A stretch of DNA of 64,000 nucleotides from Oikopleura dioica. Its lineage: Eukaryota; Animalia; Chordata. The translations under genes were made by a program, and so were the position numbers. The DNA is taken from contig OU015567.1 in assembly GCA_907165135.1 (NCBI GenBank), positions 8,928,001 to 8,992,000 on the forward strand. The letters run 5' to 3'. The notes beneath the pieces are model-generated. The model worked only from the letters and a program-made list of their open reading frames with translations. It ran no database searches and was not told where the DNA came from. This document shows positions 53,813 to 64,000 of this stretch, in pieces (position 1 is the first letter of the stretch; every line of letters starts with the position of its first letter).

Positions 53813-55764
53813 ATGGGTAAAGATTGGAAGCTTATCAATGTTGTCCTGCTTGGATTGGGTTTCATGCTCGTTTTCACGGCGTTTCAAACGACTTCCATGG
53901 TTGGAAAGTATGTGACCAATTCCGTCAAGCAGGAGAAGATGGAAACTCCGGAGTTTAATGAGACTTTCGTCGCGTTCAAGGAGGAAAATTACGATGAATA
54001 TAAAAGCATGGAAGATGAGATTGTTCAAGGTAATTTTTCGATTGAAGTTCTTTTCTACTGATCAATTCAGAGGCTGCGGAGGCAGAAGAAACTGATCCAA
54101 GCACTTACAATGCCACTCAAAGAGATGCACTCGTCATTGAAAAGATGAAATCGGACTTGATTGACCAGCAATACGGCGATGGTTTCACTTCCATGTCGAT
54201 CGTTTATGCCGTCTTTGCGCTTTCAAACTTCACTGCGCCCGCTGTAGTTAAGCTTTTTGGCCATAAAGCGACAATGGTAAGCTGTTTTCTTTGTTAGCTC
54301 AGATTTAGTACTATTGTATTTGTAAAGAACATTCTTTTCGAATATAGAAAGCGGGATTATTATCTAACTCACATGTATTTCTATCAAAAGCAGCTTTGAC
54401 ATTTCGCATCATAAAATAATTAACGATGCCGTAGTTATTCTACGTCAACGTTTCGCTTTCCCCTTCCGTTTTCGTCTGTTCCCTAATGACCTATTTATTT
54501 AGTTCGTCGCTGGATTGACGTACCTTCTTTACATCATCACTTTCCTCAACCCGACTCCTGTATTTCTCTACACCGCTTCTTTCACCCTTGGTTTCGGTGC
54601 TGCGTACATTTGGACGGCGCAAGGTGACTTCCTTCACCTGCAGTCTCCCGATGAAAAACTCATGTCCCGAAACACTGGAATCTTCTGGTGCATGTTCCAA
54701 ACATCCCTTCTAATTGGAAACATTTACATCATGATTGCCTGGAAAGGCGAGAGTTATGTTAGCTCCGAAATGAGGACAACTCTTTTCACGATTTTCGCTA
54801 TCTTGGCTTCTGTTGGTTGCAGTATTTTCTTGCTCTTGAAGGGCAAATGCTGCGGACCAGAAGAGAGATACAATGCAGGTATTTATATCTTTATGTTTTA
54901 TGGAAGATAAAGCGCTTTTATTTAGTCCCTGTTGAAGAGCAGGAACTCCAGGGCGAAAATGAAAAGAAAACTTCTGAGGAGGAAGAACCCCAAGGAGCTA
55001 TAAATACCATCACTTCTTCCATCCAAGCCGCTTTCAAGCTTCTAGTTACCAAGAAAATGCTTCTTATTGCGCCACTTTTTATGTACTCTGGCTTTGAGCT
55101 GTCTTATTTCTCCGGAGTTCACCCGACTACTGTTGGTAATTCGAAAAACATGGCTGATTCGTCTTCTGCTGTGGGAATGGCTGGTCTGTTTGTTGGCATC
55201 GGTGAAGTGCTGGGAGGTGGTATCTTCGTATTCGGCGCGAAAATGATGGAGAATATTTCGAGAACGAAGATTTTAATGGGGTTTGAAATCAAGGAAGAGA
55301 ACGCGGTTTTTAATCTTAAATTTTAGCTGTTGTCTTCTTCATATCGCCGCATATGCCCTCTCACTTCTCAACTACTCCTTCAGCGCCAACTTAGATCCAA
55401 CGGATAATCCACCCTCTTTGGGCATCTTCAGCGAGACGAGCCGCCAAGTTGCAATCGCCATCGCTTTTCTCCTCGGTCTCGGAGACGCTGGCGTCAACAA
55501 TGTGATCTACACTTCAATCACCAAAGGATTTCCTGAAGACACTACTTCTGCCTTCGCGCTAATGAAGGTATTCATCATTGTTTTCAATCTTCTTTTCATC
55601 CCTATTTTTAGTTCATCCAAAGTGCCACATGCGCGCTTTGCTTCTTCATCAGCAACAGCATCAATCTTTTCACGACGATTGCCATTCTCCTCTCGTTTCT
55701 GTTTATCAGCGTCGCAACCTTTATCCCCTTCATGCGTTCAGTTACTGAGCCTCCTAATGCTTGA
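53813..55764 (+). CDS. MFSD11: UNC93-like MFS transporter
   Basis: LINVVLLGLGFMLVFTAFQT, GFTSMSIVYAVFALSNFTAP, GFGAAYIWTAQGDFL, LSYFSGVHPT, AFLLGLGDAG. Confidence 0.9.
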
Positions 55765-56292
55765 GAAAGCAGTTCTGTCGCTTTATAATTTGTTTAAAAT
55801 TTAATTATATTATTATCAACTTTCAATCCAAAAAAGCTCCTGTTTCATACTTTTTATCAAAAACCAATTCTGTTCTAACCAAACAAATGCCTTATTCAAG
55901 AAAGAATAAATCATCAACGAGTTTTCTGTACCATTACCTTATTTACAACTTATCGACCTATGTGCAATTATTCGAGCAAAAACAATCATTTTTCACCTAA
56001 AAAAGCTGTCATAGAATATTTATGTATCGTTATTTATAAAAATTAAAATGCAGAAGTTGTTCTTTTGAGAAATGCCAGAAGATATATTTTTTTCTATTTG
56101 CTTATAAAGAGATCAGACCCTTAAATTTTCATAATTTCCGATTTTTACGTTTTTCAATAATTCCATAATCGACCTCTAGCAAATATCGAAATGACATTTT
56201 CCAATGGCGTTTTTATGACAAGGAACATAGCCTGCACAAACGAGTAGCTTTCGTATGAAAATATTTACAGTTGTGTCATAGAAAAGCGTAGA

Positions 56293-56972
56293 ATGAGCGA
56301 CTTCAAGGTCATCAAGGTCGATCGATTCTATTCGAAGGCGGTCAAGGATGGATTTGATGATATTGTCAGGCAGATCTTTAACAATCGGGTTAGTAAACAA
56401 ATGATTATTCTTTTAATGTCGATTTTTAGGTCGAGGGAGAGGAAAACTTTCGTTACTTCGACCAGCGACTTTTGATATCCACCATTGCCGTCCTCTTCAG
56501 CGCTTTCGGTTGTGGATATGACTACTACGATCCTTACCCCAACTCGAAATACGTCCTTGCTACTTGCTCCATCATGTATTTCATCCTCACCGGCCTCATG
56601 CAGCTCTACCAGTATGCTCTTTATTTTTACTGATTTTCCTAACACTTCCCTTAGGTGGTACGTCGAGAAGGATATCTTCCTTGTTTTCAACGAAAAAGTG
56701 GGAAAGAAAAATTTGCGCTGGGAGATCTCCTCGACTATCGGAAAGTACGATAACATTTACAAGATTGAATTCAAGACGATCAACGATCAAGGTGCTATCC
56801 AAGGTATTCTCCAGTTCTCAATTATTTTCCAACATCGAAATTTTAAGAATACAAGGCGGAAAGATGCTGCTCGACTTTTATGGACGTCAACGGTCAAGTT
56901 CTTTTCCAGTTTTTGGAAGAATGGATCATGAAGTGCCGTTCAGAAGTCAAGCCCGAAAAGAAATCGAACTAG
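56293..56972 (+). CDS. SPCS2: Signal peptidase complex subunit 2
   Basis: KVDRFYSKAVKDGFDD, DQRLLISTIAVLF...YDYYDPYPNSKYVLATCSIMYFIL, ISSTIGKYDNIY. Confidence 0.9.
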
Positions 56973-57222
56973 TCTTTTTCCTATTTTCTCTTTTAGGCAT
57001 TTCTACCTATAATTGTTACTACATCTCTTTTCTCCCCTGGTTCAAGTTTCTTTCTCACTGATTTTAAAATAATTTTATGTGCAATATGATCGTCTTCTAA
57101 AAATAAGAATACGATTATCCATTTAGAGCCATTTTGAATTTAATTAACTCTGCAAATCGCCATTAAAAGTTATTGTGATGGAAAACTTATCCTCTCTGAA
57201 ATTGACCATGAAAATTTTAAAG

Positions 57223-57496
57223 ATGATTTTAAACTTGATAGTTTCGGCGACGCTGATGCTCAACGCAGCTGCTTTGTTCAGATTGACTGAGACTCCGAAA
57301 AGGTAATTAGAGTCAATTTGGAGTCATTAGTAAATGAGCATTTTCTTGTTCATTGAAATTGTGTCATTGAAATTTTAGGTTTTCCTCCAAGCCGTCGGAA
57401 AAACTTGCAATCGTCGTGCGCCAAGTGCAAAAGTACGCTCCGCTTATCGGGCTCTGGAATATTCTCATCATTTGCCTTGTTCTGTTTTTCTATTGA
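57223..57496 (+). CDS. SMIM7: Small integral membrane protein 7
   Basis: Spliced: MILNLIVSATLMLNAAALFRLTETPKRFSSKPSEKLAIVVRQVQKYAPLIGLWNILIICLVLFFY*, matching the SMIM7 pattern (TLLMNAGA...IALWNIF). Not in the ORF track. Confidence 0.8.
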
Positions 57497-59370
57497 TTTT
57501 GAGATTCGACCACTTTCTGCTATTTTCTGTACCCAACTTTTCCTCCGACCATTTCAATAAACAGCGATTACGTTTTGATATAAAATGATGATTTTCTTTT
57601 TATTAGCTTCCATATTTGGTAAACGCGAGGCGCATATTCACGAAAAGCGAAAGTGAATAATTTGACTTTGACGGGGTCCCTTACTTTTCATCACTTCCAC
57701 TCAGAGAACTAAGAGCCAGTTCTTGAATTATTAACTTTTTCCTACATCTACATCACGCATATCAATTTGGATTCCACTTGAGATCAGTCACGATTGTCAA
57801 AAGTGGCGATAGTGGACTGAGTAAACCAGCCAGAGAAGTGATAAGCTGTTTTAAAACAGAGTTAGTACTCTGCTCACGTCGGCACAAGAATAAAAGCCAC
57901 AAGAATTTTTAACTAGAGCGAAAAGTTCTGAAGGAAACTGAAGAAAGAAAGAACACTTTTTATATAAAACAGGTTCGTTCTTAATTTATTTCTCAAAGAT
58001 TTTTTGAGCATGATTCATGCTCGTATTATTTTCTGTTTCAAATATTCAAGCTTCACAATTATGCACGAGAATAAACATAAACTGAATTTGAACTTTCGTC
58101 GAAACCAAAAGAAAGCCGTGGGTGAGCTTGTCTCAACTCGCCAGTTCATAAATTTCCCCGTAGGATTACGCAGTTGCACTGGGAGAACCGTGCACCTTGC
58201 GGGTGTTAATCATTTTTGCCATATACCCTGGCCAAGTTTTTTATGCTCGAGTGCAAGAGTGAATTCCAGAGATACTCTACTTCTCCAAGTCATCAAGTTT
58301 TGGTACTGTATTTACTTGTGAGAGTCGAATTTCCTAGGACAACGTAAATTTGCTATACAAATGTCTTCAGATCATTAAACTTGTGAAACTTTCTCAGTCA
58401 TTTCGCGTGACGGAAGTAGTTGATTTCGTTCAGAAGCTAAATAGTAATTTTACAAGAGAATCCGTTTTACTGTAGATTCTACAGTGTAGATCATAGAGTT
58501 GCTGAACGATCTAATTATCTAAGTAAGCATATTCCAAAATATCCCTGTCTGGAGAGCACTGTAATAAAAAAGCTCAATGACGTCGATTATTTATCTTGCT
58601 TTGATGCATTGCTGGAATTCGGCATTGTAGAGTGTATGCATTTGCTCCGCCACTTTTCGGAATTAGAAAACTTGTGTAAATGTCACAGTTATTGTCTTTT
58701 CGTTTCAGTAAACCAAAATTGTTCGGCTTCACTTTTTCGTGATTCAATATTTTACATCTCGCTGGAAACAGCAAAAGCTTCTGCTGACTCAAGTCCTTTC
58801 AATTCGAAGCGGTGTGGAGCTTTGTTCCTTGAGAGATAGTCTACCGGGTTTTCAAGCTTGATAAAAATAGCCCGCGACTGTTGAAAAGGGAACGAGGAAG
58901 TTCGAAACCGCGGGCGCTTTCCGGCTTTTTTATTTAATTATTTATTTCGGCAGAGAATGGACATTTCGGAGCGTAATTGATCCTCAAAGCGAAAGCATCT
59001 TACTTGGAGAAAGCTTCGTCTTAGAGCCCTGAATATTTTATTGACAGAAAAAATCAAGAATAACAACTGAAGTCTCACGCAAAAAGTCTCTACTTTAAAT
59101 AATGTCACCCCTAAGAAAATATTTTGTTATTTAGTTTCAATACTAACCCCGTGATAAGCCTGGTTAAAGTGCCAACCTTGTTATGCTGGGCGAGATAAAA
59201 GTGCCTCGCCGCTAATTAGCCGTTTCACTGACGCCTCAGTGACGATGTGAGCCAAACTCACACACCTTGATTTCTATAGCCAGAGAGCGCAGCAGCTCCA
59301 AAAGCGCTGAGTTTTGACACACTCCCATTTTCAGATTGAGAGAAAGAAAAAAACGAAAGACGAAACAGAC

Positions 59371-61795
59371 ATGAGCGGCACGCGTTCAGTGACACTTTCG
59401 GGCGGCGGCCCTTGGGGCTTTAGAATTCAAGGAGGAAAGGACTTCAACTCGCCACTCACAATTAGGTAGGATCTCTTGAACTTTTTCTCTTGTTATTCTT
59501 CCTTGTTATCAATTTGAATGAAAGTACGGTGTTTTCATAATTTAATTAGAATTGATTTGCGACCCAATTAACTCGCAAATTAGCACTTCTCATAAAGAGT
59601 TATATATAAATAATTAGGTATATTTCTTGAGAGATTTATGATAAAATTTTACAGTAATTCTTGTATGGAAGAAAAAAGATTATTCAGAAAAAGCATCTGA
59701 CTCCTTTTCTTGAGCATTTTATGAGCTCACCTGGGTCGCGACTAATCTTTTTATTTGTCCTATTTACCTGATCGAAACTAAATCCCTGATTCAGCCGTGT
59801 GAACGAAGGCGGCAAGGCCCACGCTTCTGGACTCATAACAGGAGAGACAATCAAAGAAATCAACGGAACGGAGACGTCGGGACTCGTCCATGTCAGATGC
59901 CAGCAGCTTATCAAGAATACCGGTTTGAGTTTGACTCTCACGCTCGACTCCAGCACGGCGAAGCCTAGTCAAGCTCCTGTAAAGTACACTAGTCCCCCGC
60001 CAAAGGTCCCCGTCGTGACAAAATCGCAGTTTACGACTCTTCATCAACAAGTTTCGTAAGTTCAGTTTAGTTGAGCTGTCAGCTACTTCCGGTAGAAACA
60101 CGATGAAACTCAACGACCTTTTAGGGCTCCGAAACCAGAGCCAAAAATCGAGAAGCCGTCAGCCGTCGCAGCTGCACTGGCACGTCGCTCACCGTCTCCG
60201 CCTCCAGTTCCTTCACCGCCGCCAGAAACTGTTGATTTTCCAGCTCCACCGGCTTCGGATTTTCCAAAGCCACCGCCTTCTTTCCAGAATGACTTCCCTA
60301 AGCCGCCGCCGATGATGTCTTCGCTTCAGCCCGACCCTGTCAAGACTTACTCCATTCCAAAAGTTTCCAACATAGTTGGTTAGCAACTCTTTATAAAAAC
60401 TATATGAAGAAATGTCTTATGTTTTATTCTTTCCTGCCATAGACTAAGTTCCTCTTCCAGATCGTCCATCTGTTTTCTCGAGCAAAAACGAGATCGAAAA
60501 AGCTTCACAAAAATTCGACGCAAAACCAATCTTTCCGAAATCGTTCAACAAGATCCCCAGTTCAACTTCAACCCCTCTTCGTACACCCCAGTTACTCCAT
60601 CATTTTCTTCAAAACCAAAGCCTTCTGAACCATCAACGTCTCCATCATACAAGCCTACTCCAGTTCCAGCAACTGTGAACTCGTCCTCGCCTCCGAGAGT
60701 GTCAAACTTGAGCTCGCAGCTTGGCGATATCAAACTAGCAAATGATCCAGCAGCTAGAAAATTTGTATCTCCAGCTCCTCCCCAATCTCCAATTAAATCT
60801 TCTCCACCCGTCTCGTCCCCTCAAAAGTCAAACTTCGAGCCACCTATTCCAAAAGCAACGAGTCCGCCAAGCAATCCTCCACCACAAGCTCGAGGAGTTC
60901 CCGTACAAGCAAAAGCACTGAACTCAAACTTAAATACTTCTGAGGACTCTAGCGAGCCTACGTGTGCAGTGTGCTTCCAGAAGATTAGGTAACGGAAGCA
61001 ATTAATCAGACACGTGTGTTAACTCCTTGTTTCATTTTTAGAGGCCAATACTGTCAGGCCATAGGAAAAAATTGGCACCCTCAGTGTTTCAAGTGTCAAT
61101 CGCCAGGATGCCAAGTTTCACTGCAAGCCACGGGCTTTATTGAAGACGCTGGATTTGTGTATTGGTATGTAATACTTATTTTGACAAAGAAAATATCTTT
61201 CATTGACCTTGTTTTTGGCCGATCAAGCTGTTCCATTACGCACAAATTTTAAAACTCACATTTAGCCGTTCCTGTTTCGAGCGAGACATCGCCCACAGTT
61301 GTGCAAAGTGCAATAAAAAGATTATTGGGGTAAGAAATCACGCTGTCATCATATTCTCCTTACTCTTTCTTTCGTAGGATACAATGCACGCTCTCAATCA
61401 GACTTGGCACATGAACTGCTTTGTTTGCATCAAGTGCAAGAAGCCCTTTGAAGATGGCGTCTTTCACTGGCAGAATGAGCAGCCCTACTGCGTCGACGGT
61501 GAGTCTCTTATTCTGTGTCTTGTTTGATTGAGTGTTTTCTTACTAGACTATAACCAACTGTTTGCAACCTTTTGTCGTGGATGTAACATGCGTGTGGAAG
61601 CAGGAGACCAGTATATCGAAGCTCTGGGAGAATCCTGGCATGATAATTGCTTTACCTGCTCGGTATGTATTTTCTTCTTTGATTTCGAAAGCGAGCAATG
61701 CTAATGAATGTCCTTAGACCTGCCACATCGAGTTGAAAAACGTCGGTTTCTACAACCGAAACAACCGGCCAGTCTGCAAGGCGCACGCGCGTTGA
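59371..61795 (+). CDS. Enigma-subfamily PDZ + 3 LIM protein (PDLIM5/PDLIM7/LDB3-like)
   Basis: [27 protein letters not shown], Pro/Ser-rich linker, three LIM domains ([12 protein letters not shown]; [12 protein letters not shown]; [12 protein letters not shown]). Confidence 0.92.
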
Positions 61796-63697
61796 GCAAC
61801 CACTTTTCACCACCACTTGGTCGTCCGCCGCCTATTCCGCCTCGCAACTTTGACCGTTCGCACTCTTGCCCTGCTGCTTCATCATCACCCGGAAATGGCG
61901 CTTGGCACTCTTCCTATCACTCAGCAAACTGTAAAGCAACCCCTCCACCACCGAGGCGCCAAATTGGCGGTATCTTTCTCCCCTCCCAACGGATGCAGGA
62001 GAAGATAGCTGCCAGATGGAGCCGCATCAACCAAATCAGCTTCAACTATGACGTCCGTGCCTCGCCAATTCCACACTATCAACGAAATTTCTTTTCAAAT
62101 AAATAAAAAATAATTGCTCTTCTGTTTCTCCTGGAAATAAACACTTCTTTCTTATCGCACTCTTTCATATATTTCACTGTTTTCCTTATTCAATAAAGGA
62201 GAATTTCCAATCCTTTTATTAGCAAAATCCTTATCAGCATTCTTTTCTCGTTATGTTCAATGTTGCATGTGTAGTAAAAAACCTTTATAATTCCAAATGA
62301 TACGAAATCAACAAGGAGTTCAATCCAACTTTAGTTTATTTTTCTGTTTCAGCAAGTTTTTCATTTTCCTTCCGCATCAAGTTCACCCTTCTTTATTCAT
62401 TGTTATTTCTTCTGTTATATTTCCCAACTGACAAAAACGCTTCTCTTTCAAATATATATTTCCATGTCTTAATTGTCTCTTAGATATCAGAATACAATTA
62501 AAACCATTCATGAAATTACTCTCTATTCTGTGTGTGATGACACTACTTGACGAAAATCCTGGCTTGGCGCCAGAATTTGTCACAAGAAACAGCGAGTAAG
62601 GAGCAGAAATTGACAGAGCAAAGAGAAATTTCTTAGTTTTTTCGTGCCACTGTGCAGATAGGGAGCCGTTATTATAACAGTTGAAAGTAGACAGGTAATG
62701 AGACTATTGTCGTACATTTCACTTGTTATGAAATGAAAAACAAAATCTCTTTCAAATGTCCCGAAATCAAGGAAGAGAATCGAATTTATCAGGCAAAAAT
62801 CATCCTTCAAAGTGAATGAAACTTCTTTATTTATGAATGATTTGACTTTGAAAATTGGAGAGAGAAAAATTAGAACAAGGGAAAATGTGAAGAAAAGTCG
62901 TAAATGATGGTCGCTTTGTTGCCGCCGAGTTGCGGTCCATTATTACGAAAAATAAATTAATTGACTTTTTCGCTACTCCAAGTTAACTTCAGACTTCAAA
63001 CTACTCTTAGAACGACAAACAAAGAATGTCGTAACGATGACGAGAGCTCGCAAAAAATGGACCGCCCAATAATGTCACTTTTCTTCTACTGTTATTCTTC
63101 CTAGAGAGAAAATTTTCGAAGAAGTTCTTCTGATTTACGCATTTGACCTTCAGTTCAGTATTTTCCCCAAGAGATGATAATTTTTATTTACACTCGTAAA
63201 AATATCTGAACAGTCTTTGCTAGCTGCTACCGTTCTCATTTTTATTGATACTCGACAAGAGAAGCACGTTTACTTTTTCCTACATTATGACGTCTGCCAG
63301 AGAGAAACGTCGCTTTATAGACTTTGAATATAAGCGCTAAATCCGCGCAAATTATTATTCACTCACTCAATTTGAAACATGAATCATTCTATAATCGGTC
63401 CTCCCCGAGAACGAAAGAGCGAGAGGGGGAAAGAGGAGTGTCACTCAGTGACAGTCACTGACTAAACAGCCAGTCTACTACTCAGCTTTTTAACAGAGAC
63501 TTGTTGGTACAGCAGACTTGTTTTTTCGCGCTTCTACTTGACTAAATCTTCAAAAAAATATTCTGACCTAAAAACATTCGCTCCTTTTTCTTACATTTGT
63601 CGCTAGTTGGCGCAGTTTTTTCCCAAAATAACGAAAGAATTGGAATTTAGAGAGGAACTCGGGTTGAGTGAAGGGACAAAAAAGAACTCAAGCAATC

Positions 63698-64000
63698 ATG
63701 GCGGGCGGCAATGCTGGAATGGAAGGAACGGTTGAAAATTCTCAAAAGAAATATTCATCGAAAACTTTATTTGAAATTTCTATATCGAAATTCAACCTAA
63801 AAGGGCTCATTCCGATGATAAACAAGCTGCAAGATGCATGTACGAAATCCGGGCAAGCTTTAGACATTGATCTACCTCAAATCGCCGTCGTTGGTGGCCA
63901 GAGTTCGGGAAAATCCTCCGTGTTGGAAAACTTTGTTGGTCGTGATTTTCTCCCGCGAGGAACTGGCATCGTAACGCGTAGACCCCTCGTTCTCCAGCTG
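63698..64000 (+). CDS. DNM: Classical dynamin, 5' end (runs off the window)
   Basis: [11 protein letters not shown]...[44 protein letters not shown]. Confidence 0.97.
   Translation, partial: MAGGNAGMEGTVENSQKKYSSKTLFEISISKFNLKGLIPMINKLQDACTKSGQALDIDLPQIAVVGGQSSGKSSVLENFVGRDFLPRGTGIVTRRPLVLQL

Noticed and set aside
57600-59300. Muscle-type enhancer motifs (MEF2-like AT-rich boxes) upstream of the PDZ-LIM gene
   Set aside because: Short AT-rich matches are expected by chance in this composition, and no comparative support is available.
62240-62810. Possible small minus-strand gene between the PDZ-LIM gene and dynamin
   Set aside because: Short hydrophobic ORFs with no convincing exon chain or homology.

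Overview
Compact, AT-rich eukaryotic (animal) DNA. Introns are mostly 35-60 nt, several have GA donors, and housekeeping genes are packed like operons. This pattern fits an appendicularian tunicate such as Oikopleura, which is inferred from style, not proven. About 25 genes can be read by hand: a giant secreted Cys-repeat protein (open at the left edge), SH3BGRL, a B4GAT1-like GT49, tRNA-Gly(TCC), two tandem type-I membrane proteoglycan-like genes, a Q-rich/TAZ-like gene, a class A GPCR, a mucin-like gene, the minus-strand cluster TM2D3-VPS29-(DUF167 pseudogene)-EIF3C-RPAIN-CSE1L, CYFIP, TBC1D1/4, MFSD11-SPCS2-SMIM7, an Enigma-type PDZ-LIM gene and the 5' end of dynamin. The most striking signal is six non-autonomous TIR DNA elements with readable target-site duplications. 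Three of them sit inside coding exons (giant Cys protein, Q-rich gene, and the normally essential CSE1L), two of those carry a second nested MITE, and each exon insertion has an in-frame splice-out solution on paper. They may be transposons becoming introns, or simply null alleles. Two unrecognised genes are nested antisense in introns (VPS29, TBC1D1/4), and one of them has a distant paralog 5 kb away.
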